64,000 nucleotides of DNA from a virus: IMG/VR virus record IMGVR_UViG_3300005613_000011, positions 49,267 through 113,266 of that record. One strand, given 5' to 3'. The notes below the pieces were generated by a model. It had not been told where the DNA came from. It made no database searches and was given only the letters and a program-made list of their open reading frames with translations. Position 1 is the first letter of the stretch. Every line of letters begins with the position of its first letter. Made by a program: the position numbers and the translations under genes. Shown piece by piece: positions 38,751 through 48,584 of this stretch.

Positions 38751-39020
38751 ATCCCCTTATACGAGTATTTCCATCCCGAGACAGGCGAAATATTTGAAGT
38801 GTTACGTCCGATAAAGGACAGAAAGAAAAAACACGAAGCTCCAGACGGGGTTATGTGCGATCCAGTAGAAGTTCCTGGCAGCATGGGATATTGCGGAGCA
38901 TCCGAGAACAGTAGAGAAGGGTTTCAGATGGACCCAGAACTGTATAAGAAGCGAAACCCTAAATTTGTGCGTTATAGGGATGGTCATCGGGAAAGATACG
39001 ACCCGACTAAACATTATTGA
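38751..39020 (+). CDS. FmdB-like zinc-ribbon/regulatory protein (degenerate Cys), probable ATC start
   Basis: (M)PLYEY...GEIFEVL N-terminus; AGGAG 8 nt upstream of ATC 38751. Confidence 0.6.
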   Translation: MPLYEYFHPETGEIFEVLRPIKDRKKKHEAPDGVMCDPVEVPGSMGYCGASENSREGFQMDPELYKKRNPKFVRYRDGHRERYDPTKHY

Positions 39021-39376
39021 TGAGATTCAAGAAAGTCCAAATTATTCATAGCGTTGTTGCAGATGAAGAAATTAACGATCTTCGAATCGCAAGAACTTTG
39101 TTTGAAAACCTGGCTGAAGCTAGCATGGACGTGTCTATAAAGCACATGTTGCCTGAAATCGGTAGTTATACTTTATGGAAGAAAGCTAGAATAAATTCCG
39201 TCGAAGGAGACAAGGTTAATGTCACGGTTTTCTTCACAGGCGGATCTGCGAAAAATCAATTAGAAATAAAAAATATAATTTTTGTTGGAGTCGTGACTGA
39301 CAGATCTAATATAATGTTCCATAAGGAAGAAATAACAAGATATGATTTTTTAGATTTAAGTAGTAATGACGAATAA
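39017..39376 (+). CDS. Hypothetical protein
   Basis: Overlap-coupled ORF upstream of dnaE. Confidence 0.55.
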   Translation: MMRFKKVQIIHSVVADEEINDLRIARTLFENLAEASMDVSIKHMLPEIGSYTLWKKARINSVEGDKVNVTVFFTGGSAKNQLEIKNIIFVGVVTDRSNIMFHKEEITRYDFLDLSSNDE

Positions 39377-42362
39377 AATAAGCAATAAAAACTTTGTTCA
39401 CACGCATGTTCACAGCTCTTATAGTCTCTTTGATGGGCTTGCAAGTGTAGAAGGTCTCGTTACGAGAGCAAGAACTCTTGGGTTTCCTGCACTTGCTTTA
39501 ACAGATCATGGTAACATGGGCGGTGCTATCAAGATGTTTAAGCATTGTCTAGCCACTAAGGACAAAAACGGGGTTGATATCGAAACCGATCCTATCAAGC
39601 CAATAATAGGCATAGAACTTTATATGTCTAAAAATAGGTTTAGTAAAGACAAAGAAAATCAACCAGAAGGGCAAAAAGGCAACTATCATATAGTTCTTTT
39701 AGCAAAGAATTGGGAGGGATACCAGAATTTATGTTTTCTTTCCAACGCTGCTTACACAGAAGGATTTTATTTTAATCCAAGAGTTGATTTTGATTTATTG
39801 TCAAAACATTCTGATGGAGTTGTTTGTTCTAGTGCATGTTTAAAGAGTCTTATTAACAGAAATCTATTATATGATAGATATGACGAAGCTAAGAAGGCAG
39901 CATCTATTTTTAAAGATATATATGGTGAAAATTTCTTTCTTGAAGTAATGTATAACGGTATTCCTGCTCAAATGAGGGTAATATCTGATATTTTCAAGCT
40001 AGGTGCAGATCTAAAAATATCTACAATAGCCACAAACGATTGCCACTATATCGACAAGGCGCAAGCAGAGTCACAAGAAGTTCTTACATGTATGTCAACA
40101 AGAACATGCTTATCTAATCCTAAAAGGATGCATCAGCCATATCCAGAGTTTTATTTAAAGACTGCTGATGAGATGTATAAGATATTTAAAGATAAGCCAA
40201 GGTGCTTGACAAATACGGTTTCAATTGCCGAAATGATCGATTCTGATGATATAGAGAAAAATTTGTTTGTAAAGAGGATGAGGTTGCCTGAGTTTGAAGT
40301 TCCTGAAGAGTTTTCGAGTCCGTTTGAGTATCTCAAAAGTTTGGCCTGGAAGGGAATGAAAGATTTGGGTTGGGATAAGAGGGAAAAACATGTAGAGGCT
40401 CTTGAGAAAGAATTAGCAGATATTCAGGTTGCTAAAGAAAATAACAATTATGACTTCGCAACTTATTTTTTGATAGTTTGGGATATTGTAAACTATGCAA
40501 GGGGAAAAGGTATTTTCACAGCTCCTGGGAGAGGTTCGGCTTATGCATCTGTTTTACTTAGATGTTTAAAAGTTTGTTATGGAAGAGACCCTATTGAAAG
40601 TGGATTACTTTGGGAAAGATTCTTGGCGTTTAAAAAATCAGAAGAAACTGGCAAGAGAGTTTTTGCTAGACCTGGTTTCCCCGATATCGATACAGATTTT
40701 GATTTTTTTAGAAGAAGCGAAGTTTACGATTATATTATAGATAAATATGGGAGGGGAAATGTAGCGAACATAGGGACATATATTGGTCTTAAGATCAGGA
40801 TGGCTCTGACAAGAATAATAAAGGCTCTTGATATCGCCGGGTCTTGGCATAAAGGCAAACAAGAATATATCAGCGACAATAATGCCAAGGTGGAAGAGAT
40901 ACTTGGTCAGCTTCCAAAACCTACCGGTGCATTTATGAGAGCCAGAGACGATCAAGGGAATGAACATTTCATAAAAACAATTGATGAGGCTTGTAAGTAT
41001 TGTCCTGATTTCAAGTATTACATGGACAAATATCCTGCGATAGTAAAACACTGTAAAAATATACAGGGGCTATTAAGCTCATTTAGTTGTCATCCTGCTG
41101 GTATTATCATATCTGATATACCTATGTCTAGTGTAGCTCCGGTTCGCAGGTCAAAACAAGGACAGTTCGCTACTCAATACGACATGGAAGATCTTGAATC
41201 TATTGGGTTGGTTAAGATAGACATTTTAGCAACAGCAATACTTACTGTTATTGATCGTACAGTCAAAATGATTAAAGATAATTATGGTATTAATATAGAT
41301 GTTGAGAATATGACGTATGAAGATGAAAAAACATTTGCTTTGTATCGTAGCGGGCGATTAAAAGGCGTTTTCCAGTGCGAGAATAGGGGTATGCAACAGG
41401 TTATGAGGGATATTGGAGTTAGTTCTTTTAATGATATAGTTGTTGCTATTGCCCTGTATCGCCCAGGCCCGATGGCTAATATCCCGGAATATTGTGACAG
41501 AAAAAAAGGTTTGAATACTGTTTCTTATTTTCATAAGTCAATTGAGCCATTTGTAAAAGACCATTTAGAGGAAACGTATGCCGTAGCAGTATTCCAAGAA
41601 CAAATTATGCAAATATGCAACTCTTTAGGTGGACTATCTGTTACTGATGGTTATATTCTGATAAAAGGTATAGGTAAAAAAAAGAAATATCTTATTAACA
41701 AATATAGAAAGCAATTTATCGATGGAGCTGTTAATAATGGTGTTCCTAAAGATATAATAGAACAATATTGGGACAAGTTTATAATCCCGTTTTCTTCTTA
41801 TGGATTCAATAAAGCTCACGCGGAAGCATATGGTGTAATTTCGTGGTATAGCGCATATCTTAAGGCAAATTATACTCCTGAGTTCATGGTTTGCTCATTA
41901 AATGTAGTAAATGAGGATAAAAAGCACGATAAAATTATAGAATTAGAAAGAGACCTAAAGCATTTTGATATTGAACTTGCTGATAAAGACTTAAATACGT
42001 GTGGTGTTGATTATAAAATTCTCAGAAAACAAGATAAAGAATCAGGGATAAATAAGACGCTGATTTCACCTAGTGTTATGGTTAAAGGGGTTGGATATAA
42101 TACGGCAAAAAATATTGCTGATAATAAACCTTATAATTCATTAAAGGATTTTGTCGCAAAAACCGATTCTAAACTAGTAACCAAAGATACTGTTGCTTCA
42201 TTAATAGATGCTGGTTTCTTTCATAAGATGACTAAGGATTATTATAAGAAGAACAAGAAGAGGCTTTCCAAGGGTAAGATATTAAATCAATTCTCTACTA
42301 TTCGTAAAGACTTGAGAAAGGCCGCTAGTAAAGGTGTAGAATCTGTGGATTTATTTGGATAG
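39366..42362 (+). CDS. dnaE: DNA polymerase III alpha subunit (family C), C-terminal OB region appears absent
   Basis: PHP HTHVHSSYS...TDHG, PGRGSA, PDIDTDF, HPAG, KIDIL, YGFNKAHA; 998 aa; no intein seen. Confidence 0.95.
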   Translation: MTNKISNKNFVHTHVHSSYSLFDGLASVEGLVTRARTLGFPALALTDHGNMGGAIKMFKHCLATKDKNGVDIETDPIKPIIGIELYMSKNRFSKDKENQPEGQKGNYHIVLLAKNWEGYQNLCFLSNAAYTEGFYFNPRVDFDLLSKHSDGVVCSSACLKSLINRNLLYDRYDEAKKAASIFKDIYGENFFLEVMYNGIPAQMRVISDIFKLGADLKISTIATNDCHYIDKAQAESQEVLTCMSTRTCLSNPKRMHQPYPEFYLKTADEMYKIFKDKPRCLTNTVSIAEMIDSDDIEKNLFVKRMRLPEFEVPEEFSSPFEYLKSLAWKGMKDLGWDKREKHVEALEKELADIQVAKENNNYDFATYFLIVWDIVNYARGKGIFTAPGRGSAYASVLLRCLKVCYGRDPIESGLLWERFLAFKKSEETGKRVFARPGFPDIDTDFDFFRRSEVYDYIIDKYGRGNVANIGTYIGLKIRMALTRIIKALDIAGSWHKGKQEYISDNNAKVEEILGQLPKPTGAFMRARDDQGNEHFIKTIDEACKYCPDFKYYMDKYPAIVKHCKNIQGLLSSFSCHPAGIIISDIPMSSVAPVRRSKQGQFATQYDMEDLESIGLVKIDILATAILTVIDRTVKMIKDNYGINIDVENMTYEDEKTFALYRSGRLKGVFQCENRGMQQVMRDIGVSSFNDIVVAIALYRPGPMANIPEYCDRKKGLNTVSYFHKSIEPFVKDHLEETYAVAVFQEQIMQICNSLGGLSVTDGYILIKGIGKKKKYLINKYRKQFIDGAVNNGVPKDIIEQYWDKFIIPFSSYGFNKAHAEAYGVISWYSAYLKANYTPEFMVCSLNVVNEDKKHDKIIELERDLKHFDIELADKDLNTCGVDYKILRKQDKESGINKTLISPSVMVKGVGYNTAKNIADNKPYNSLKDFVAKTDSKLVTKDTVASLIDAGFFHKMTKDYYKKNKKRLSKGKILNQFSTIRKDLRKAASKGVESVDLFG

Positions 42363-42372
42363 GAGAAAAACA

Positions 42373-42681
42373 ATGAGCGAAGAAAAAGAAAAGAGAAAAT
42401 CTAAAATTTCGAAATCGGTAAGACGAATTTACAACGTTGCACAATATGAAAGTCTTGAACTTGTTATTAACTATGAAGAAGAGATAGACTGGGACACAAT
42501 TAAGGAGCGGCAACAGAAATCCAAGAATATAACTTCTCTTCTTCTGGATGATTTTAAGAATACCAGAAAAGAAGTTTTTGAGGAATTGAACGAGTCTGAA
42601 AAGAAAGCGTATTTTAAAAATGCTCTTAAGTCAATGAAGGCTACAGAGGACGAATTAGAAAATTTTGATACTATTGAATAA
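42373..42681 (+). CDS. Hypothetical protein
   Basis: AGGAG RBS before ATG 42373; contains YNVAQYESL. Confidence 0.55.
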   Translation: MSEEKEKRKSKISKSVRRIYNVAQYESLELVINYEEEIDWDTIKERQQKSKNITSLLLDDFKNTRKEVFEELNESEKKAYFKNALKSMKATEDELENFDTIE

Positions 42682-42693
42682 AGGTGATATCAA

Positions 42694-43695
42694 ATGGCGG
42701 AAGTAACTGAAAAAGATTTAGAAGATGTTTTCGGAATCCCTTCAGACCCTGTGAAGAAAGATTCAGATGAAAATAGTACTAGTTTCGAAGAAGGTGTCGA
42801 AGAAATAAATGACACTTTGAAAGATATGGATGAAATAGTTCCTGTTTCAAAAAAGGAACCAGAGATAGTAGAAGAGAAAGATGAGCCTAAAAAAGACGAA
42901 TCCAAAGAATCTACTATAGATTTTGAAAAAGAAACAAAGCAAGTTCAAAAAGAAGCAGAAAGTATGAATGCCCCTGAGAAGAACGATCCCGTTCCAATCG
43001 AAGACAATGTTGATTCTGGTGATTTGCCAAGTGGAGAGATATCATGGCTTACGGTTCCACCTAACGCTAGATTTAACAATTTTTATAAGCAAAAGGTATC
43101 TATCATAAAGGAAATTTTGAAAGACAAACAAATACCTTTTGAGAAATACGAGAACGAACTCAGGAATAGTTATTGTGGTGTAAGATCATCTATATATGAT
43201 TTGCCTCAGCTATATAATAATATGAGTGAAGTTCACAAGATAAGGGATCGTGTATGTCAAATACGAACTGAAATCAATTCTCAGTATTTTAAATTTGAAA
43301 GAATTACTGAACTTTTAAGAGGACTTTTAGCCAGAACTTTATATGAAAGAGGGAAGCAGGAAGGTGTTCAATTTGAACATATGAGAGATGTGGAACTTTA
43401 TTTGGAGAGCCTAAGGTCTCTCTATAAAATTGCCGATATTATACATAAGAACTTGGATGCTGCTTCGGAGTTGTTATCTAGGCAAGTTACTATAGCAACA
43501 ACTGCGAGACCTCCAAATAGAAATATTGAAACTTCTCCGTCTCATCCCAATGAGACCTATATACATAAAGAAGTCCCTGAAGAACTAACGGGTTATGACA
43601 CTTTACCAGTTGGCAGTGGATCTACCGAAAAGAGTAATGTCAAACGGAAACCTGTTCAGGGAGTAAAATCTACAACATGGGATGAGGTGGCGTAA
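42694..43695 (+). CDS. Acidic/coiled-coil protein, possibly a recombination mediator
   Basis: Acidic N-terminus and long helical core, upstream of SSB and RecA; function inferred from position only. Confidence 0.4.
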   Translation: MAEVTEKDLEDVFGIPSDPVKKDSDENSTSFEEGVEEINDTLKDMDEIVPVSKKEPEIVEEKDEPKKDESKESTIDFEKETKQVQKEAESMNAPEKNDPVPIEDNVDSGDLPSGEISWLTVPPNARFNNFYKQKVSIIKEILKDKQIPFEKYENELRNSYCGVRSSIYDLPQLYNNMSEVHKIRDRVCQIRTEINSQYFKFERITELLRGLLARTLYERGKQEGVQFEHMRDVELYLESLRSLYKIADIIHKNLDAASELLSRQVTIATTARPPNRNIETSPSHPNETYIHKEVPEELTGYDTLPVGSGSTEKSNVKRKPVQGVKSTTWDEVA

Positions 43696-43724
43696 TAGGT
43701 CTCTATAGTAAGAGGTATAGTAGT

Positions 43725-44411
43725 ATGAGTACAGTTATTGATTGGGATCAAGTCGGTGAAACAAGTGGTTCAGGCAAGTCTAGAACAGGAGTTAATTTCC
43801 TGCAATTGAGACCAGGAACCTATGAAGTTAGGTTGCTTGGTACGCCTGTTGCCATGAACAAGTTCATGATTCAAGGCAAGGATGATCGTTGGAGAAGCGC
43901 GGTTGTCGAAGATCCAAAAGATAATCCTGTAACCAAGAATCATGGAGTAAATCCTTCCGAACGTTATGCCATTAATTGTTTGGACAGGTCTGATGGAAGC
44001 TTGAAAATTCTTGAAGGTGGAGTCAAGGTTTTTGGTGAGTTTAAGAAGTACTTTAAACACACTGGTAAGAATCCCGGTGCTTCTGATGACGGAGCAGATT
44101 TCAAGATTGTTGTCACTGGATCTGGTAGGTCAAAACAGCTCAAGACAAGTTTCGAGAAGAATACTCCTCTGACGAAAGAAGAGACCGCCTATATCAAGAA
44201 GACCTGTGGTGGTCTTTACGATTTGAAGGAAATTTTCAAGGTAACACCCAATGATCATCTTGAGGCTAGGTTGTTTCCTGATGAACACCAGCCTTCTGGT
44301 TCTCCAGAGCAAAAAAGCGCAGCGGACGATGTTGGTGTAAGTGCTGAAGAAGTTCCATCAGGTAATATTTCTCCTGATACAGAAGAAGTGGAAGATGCGT
44401 TACCCTTCTAA
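43725..44411 (+). CDS. Phage single-stranded DNA-binding protein (gp32-like)
   Basis: FLQL..G...VRLLG, RYAINCLDRSDG.LKILE, G.DFKI...G, acidic tail ending EDALPF. Confidence 0.75.
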   Translation: MSTVIDWDQVGETSGSGKSRTGVNFLQLRPGTYEVRLLGTPVAMNKFMIQGKDDRWRSAVVEDPKDNPVTKNHGVNPSERYAINCLDRSDGSLKILEGGVKVFGEFKKYFKHTGKNPGASDDGADFKIVVTGSGRSKQLKTSFEKNTPLTKEETAYIKKTCGGLYDLKEIFKVTPNDHLEARLFPDEHQPSGSPEQKSAADDVGVSAEEVPSGNISPDTEEVEDALPF

Positions 44412-44423
44412 ATAGGATTGAGT

Positions 44424-44464
44424 CAATTAGCGAGGAGGGAGATATTCTCCCTCCTCGCTAATTG
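44424..44464. promoter_or_regulatory. Perfect 19-bp inverted repeat between ssb and recA
   Basis: CAATTAGCGAGGAGGGAGA-tat-TCTCCCTCCTCGCTAATTG; no U-tract on either strand. Confidence 0.8.
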
Positions 44465-44490
44465 CGAATGTGTGCCTGGAGAAATAGAAA

Positions 44491-46830
44491 ATGGCTAAAA
44501 ATAAAAGTGATATAATAGTTGACAATTTGAAAGGTTTTATTCGCAAAGGCGCTTCTTCTACTCCCGAAGGTTACGTTCCTACTGGTCATTTCAGTCTAGA
44601 TTTCGTAATCAATCACGGAGAGCTACCAGAGAAAATAGATTTATCTGAATTGGAAGGATATGATCCTTCTGAAAATCTGGGTATTCCCCTTGGTAAGCTT
44701 GTAATGTTGTACGGAGAAGAGGGAGGGGGGAAAAGCTCAATTGCATACAGAATATCTGGTTATGCTCAAAAGTTAGGTTATCCTGTTGCATGGTTGGATA
44801 CCGAACATAGTTTTGCAGAGAATCTCGCTAAGATCAATGGGGTTGATGTAGACGAGTTGTATTATTCTACAATGTCTAATCCTAAAGATCCTGACAAGGT
44901 TTATTTTGCAGAAGATGTTTTTGATTCTATTATTGAATTGATTAAGTCTGGTGTCAAAGTAATTATTCTCGATTCGGTTGCGAATCTTGTTCCAAAAGAA
45001 AGGATGGAAGGTAGTGCTGAGAAGATAATTGTTGGGAAACTCGCCAGATTGATGTCTGAAAATCTTGGTAAATTGGTTGCTTATGCCGCAAAGTTTGGAA
45101 CTTTATTGGTTTTTATTAATCAATTAAGATTCAAGATAGGCATAATGTTTGGATGTTTCCATTATAATTCTCGTGTGGTTTTATCTGATGGGACAACGAA
45201 AAAAATTGGTACTATTGTCAATAATAAATTAGATTTGGAAGTTATGTCTTATAATCCTGATACAGGAGATATAGAGCCAAAGAAGATTATAGATTGGCAT
45301 GATAATGGTAGTTTAACAGAAGATGAATGCTTTTTGAATTTTGTTGTAGAAAAACACGGAGGGAATGGAAGGACTAGGTTTTCATGTACTCCAAATCATA
45401 AAATTTTTGTCCCTGAATCTAACGAAAAGTGTTCTAACTATAGCAAAACTATTAGTGCTGGAGATTTGGAGATTGGAGACGAAATATTAGTATCTCAACC
45501 TTACTATTTAAATGACGTGCAAAGACAAATTGTTTATGGGTCTATTCTTGGAGATGGGAATATAAGACCTGGTAGATATAATAGTTCTTGTAGTAATTTG
45601 AGGATTGGTCATGGTCGAGAACAAAAAGATTATTGTCATTGGAAGCAGGAAATTCTTGAGCCTTGGATTGGGTATAGTAAAAACAAGGAAGATAGATACG
45701 ATTTTGAAACTATCCCTATGTTAGAATTGACGAAATTGCAGTATTCCACTAAATATATAACACCAGATTCTAGAGATCCTAGAAATAAAGAAAAAATTAT
45801 TCCAGACGAAATTATTGATAATTTAGGTGAATTAGGGCTTGCTATTTGGTATCTTGATGATGGAACATTTGGTGGTCATTATTCTAAGTGGGGAAATGGT
45901 AAGTCTACTATTTGTTGTATTAAATTTTCCAATAGAGATAAAATGATGAAGACTTTTGATAAATTTGGTTTATGTCCTAAGTTAAAAAAAGTTGGATTTT
46001 TCTTTAATTCTGAAGATACAAGAAAATTACATTCTATTATATGTAAATATGTTCCACCTTGTATGGAATATAAAATTCATCCTAACTTTAGAGGTAAATA
46101 TGATTTTGATATTGACGATCAAGATGACAATATAAAAGAATTGAGAGCAATATCAGCAAAGATCATTGATATTCATGAGAAGGCACCTACAAGAACTAAA
46201 AAGAAATTTGATTTAACGATAGAAGATAATGCATCATATATTGTTGATGGAGCTATAGTCCATAATTCTCCGGAAACTACTCCTGGTGGTATGAGTTTGA
46301 AGCACAATTCATCCTTGATTATCAAGATCACAAAGAAGAAAAGTAGAGATGCCGAAATAGAAATTCCTGGCGAAGATGGAAAAATGAAGCTTATCGGCAG
46401 GAAGTCATACATGAAGGTTGAAAAGAATAGGTTTGCCAAGCCTTGTTTTGAGAATATAGAAGTTCCTATTTATTACATGGAATATTTTCCCAACATAGAA
46501 GAAATAATGTTTGAAACTGGTCGCCAGTTAAAAGTTATTTCTGTCAGGAAGGGAGTATTCAAGTGGACTGATCAAAAAGGCGAAAAACATGAAGCTGAAG
46601 GTAGGTCTGATTTTATAGAGCATATAAAATATAACGAACTTCGGTATTCATTGGCGAAGCATCTCTACGATGTTGCGAATGAAAGCGAAACTATTTTGCC
46701 TCCAGAAATAGTTAAGTGGTTGAAAAATCATGAAGTTAATAATAGTGGTAACAATGATGATGAGAAACCAACCGCCGAGAAGGAGACTGCCGGAAGTGGA
46801 GAGGAAGAAAGTACTCAATCTGGCGATTGA
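44491..46830 (+). CDS. recA: RecA recombinase with intein
   Basis: PTG, GEEGGGKS, LDTEH, ILDSVANL, FINQLR.KIG.MFG / SPETTPGG..LKH, KNR. Confidence 0.93.
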   Translation: MAKNKSDIIVDNLKGFIRKGASSTPEGYVPTGHFSLDFVINHGELPEKIDLSELEGYDPSENLGIPLGKLVMLYGEEGGGKSSIAYRISGYAQKLGYPVAWLDTEHSFAENLAKINGVDVDELYYSTMSNPKDPDKVYFAEDVFDSIIELIKSGVKVIILDSVANLVPKERMEGSAEKIIVGKLARLMSENLGKLVAYAAKFGTLLVFINQLRFKIGIMFGCFHYNSRVVLSDGTTKKIGTIVNNKLDLEVMSYNPDTGDIEPKKIIDWHDNGSLTEDECFLNFVVEKHGGNGRTRFSCTPNHKIFVPESNEKCSNYSKTISAGDLEIGDEILVSQPYYLNDVQRQIVYGSILGDGNIRPGRYNSSCSNLRIGHGREQKDYCHWKQEILEPWIGYSKNKEDRYDFETIPMLELTKLQYSTKYITPDSRDPRNKEKIIPDEIIDNLGELGLAIWYLDDGTFGGHYSKWGNGKSTICCIKFSNRDKMMKTFDKFGLCPKLKKVGFFFNSEDTRKLHSIICKYVPPCMEYKIHPNFRGKYDFDIDDQDDNIKELRAISAKIIDIHEKAPTRTKKKFDLTIEDNASYIVDGAIVHNSPETTPGGMSLKHNSSLIIKITKKKSRDAEIEIPGEDGKMKLIGRKSYMKVEKNRFAKPCFENIEVPIYYMEYFPNIEEIMFETGRQLKVISVRKGVFKWTDQKGEKHEAEGRSDFIEHIKYNELRYSLAKHLYDVANESETILPPEIVKWLKNHEVNNSGNNDDEKPTAEKETAGSGEEESTQSGD
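45154..46266 (+). mobile_element. Cis intein (371 aa) with LAGLIDADG endonuclease in RecA
   Basis: CFHYNSRVVLSDG start, TPNH block B, YGSILGDG and IWYLDDG, ends IVDGAIVHN followed by Ser(+1). Confidence 0.95.
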
Positions 46831-47491
46831 TACTTTATATTCACAAGAAGGCAAAGAAGCTCTAGATTATTTGAAAACATCACGAGGATTTTCTGCTTAT
46901 ACAATTAATAGTTTCGGGCTGGGATACGTTCCGTCCCGAGTAAATAATATTTATGGAGATCCTCATGAGTTCGCGGGAAGAATAGTGTTGCCAATTCGCA
47001 ATTCATATGGCGATTTGGTAGCACTATCTTCTCGTGATTTTCGTGAAGGGGCAAGGAACAAGTTTTTTCATGAACAGTTCAAGAAATCTAATTGTTTATT
47101 TGCACTTGATATAGCAAAAGCGTCGATTATAAAAAATAACAAGGTAATAGTTGTTGAAGGTGAATTAGATGTTATGAAGATGTATTCTGTAGGTATTAAG
47201 TATACGGTAGGTACTTGGGGGAGTTCTTTCAGCATAAAACAGGTATCTTTGCTTGCCAGATATTGTCAGGAAATATTTTTGTTATTTGATGGTGACGATG
47301 CCGGTAGAAATGTAATAAGGCGTTCAATGAAAATGAATATTACGTATGGATTAGACGGGTCCGGTATAACGCTTATACCTTCATATCTGCCTGATGGGTT
47401 TGATCCAGATGACTTTATAAAAGAAAACGGGAAAGATGAAATGATAAAACTTCTTAGAAGATCTAAAAAATCGATTGGAGATCAATCATGA
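46730..47491 (+). CDS. dnaG: DnaG primase catalytic core (TOPRIM) lacking the zinc-binding domain
   Basis: YLK.SRG, FGLGY, RIVLPI, VVEGELDV, FDGDDAG, DPDD. Confidence 0.88.
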   Translation: MKLIIVVTMMMRNQPPRRRLPEVERKKVLNLAIDTLYSQEGKEALDYLKTSRGFSAYTINSFGLGYVPSRVNNIYGDPHEFAGRIVLPIRNSYGDLVALSSRDFREGARNKFFHEQFKKSNCLFALDIAKASIIKNNKVIVVEGELDVMKMYSVGIKYTVGTWGSSFSIKQVSLLARYCQEIFLLFDGDDAGRNVIRRSMKMNITYGLDGSGITLIPSYLPDGFDPDDFIKENGKDEMIKLLRRSKKSIGDQS

Positions 47492-48501
47492 CTTTTGCTG
47501 ATATTGTTTACGTTCCACCTGAGTTGCAATCTATCATGGGATCTGTTGATACTTTTGTTAGACATAGGGCAAAGAGTAATACTAGAGCATATGATAAATA
47601 TCATCCATCTGCATTTGGGCAGTGTTTGAGAAAAATGCAGTACATGAGATATGTTTCTATGGGTTTGATACATGGAGAAGAAGAAGAGTTTGAAAGTAAG
47701 ATGCTTCGTTTGTTTGAGAAAGGACATAGTACACAAGCGAGATGGGAAAAGTATTTTATTGGGTTAGGAGTACTTCGTGGTATTTGGACATGTACTAATC
47801 CATTGTGTCGCCTTTTTGATGATTCTGGGGAGATTATAAAAACAAATGATGTTGAGTCTTATTTTAAAGAGAAGCCAAGGAAGTATGGAGAGGATAATAA
47901 GATAGGCATATTCAAGCCAGATAAATGTATTTGTGGGTGTAACAGGTTTGCTTATGAGGAGATTTGCGTTGAAGATGAAGAATTAAATCTGCGTGGACAT
48001 GTGGATATGATCTTGGATTTTTCCAGGTTTGATCCCTCTATATTTAATAGTACTCCTGTTTCTTTCGATGTTGGTAATTTCCCTAAATCTCCTATTGTGG
48101 TAGATATGAAAACAATGAATGATTATAGATGGAAACAAAAGCTTATGAAGAGTGGTGTTAGCTTGTCATACAGAATACAGCTTTGTATTTATGCTAATTT
48201 ATTAGATTTGGATTATGGTGTTTTAATTTACGAGAACAAGAATACGTCTGAAGCTAGGGCATTTAAAATAGAACGGGCGACAGATACAGTTTTTGCACAG
48301 GTAAAGCAACAAGCCATTGCCATGAATAAAATGGCTGCTTTAGAAAGGCCAAAACTTCCACCCCCCAGACCTGGGACTAAAGACGATTACGAATGTAGTA
48401 ATTGTGGTTTCAAGTCTGTATGTCATAAAAGTACAGTTTGGGCAGATGAGGATAAACTTAACGATAACAGACAAAAATTTTATGGTAATTTGCTGGAATG
48501 A
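47488..48501 (+). CDS. Cas4/RecB-like PD-(D/E)xK exonuclease with Fe-S cysteine pattern
   Basis: HPS...CLRK, GH, GHVD, VDMKT, QLCIY, C-terminal CSNC...C. Confidence 0.8.
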   Translation: MTFADIVYVPPELQSIMGSVDTFVRHRAKSNTRAYDKYHPSAFGQCLRKMQYMRYVSMGLIHGEEEEFESKMLRLFEKGHSTQARWEKYFIGLGVLRGIWTCTNPLCRLFDDSGEIIKTNDVESYFKEKPRKYGEDNKIGIFKPDKCICGCNRFAYEEICVEDEELNLRGHVDMILDFSRFDPSIFNSTPVSFDVGNFPKSPIVVDMKTMNDYRWKQKLMKSGVSLSYRIQLCIYANLLDLDYGVLIYENKNTSEARAFKIERATDTVFAQVKQQAIAMNKMAALERPKLPPPRPGTKDDYECSNCGFKSVCHKSTVWADEDKLNDNRQKFYGNLLE

Positions 48502-48584
48502 AGTGGAGGAATTGTTTTAAATAAGCGATATTAAAGATAGTAAAAATTGATTCATTAAAAATTGTTCTTACTTAGGAGAAAATA

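Noticed and set aside
39366-42362. Intein or split in dnaE
   Set aside because: The usual insertion regions are contiguous and no Cys...His-Asn block is present.
47488-48501. CRISPR-Cas system suggested by the Cas4-like gene
   Set aside because: No repeat-spacer array or other cas genes seen; solo Cas4-like nucleases are common in phage recombination modules.
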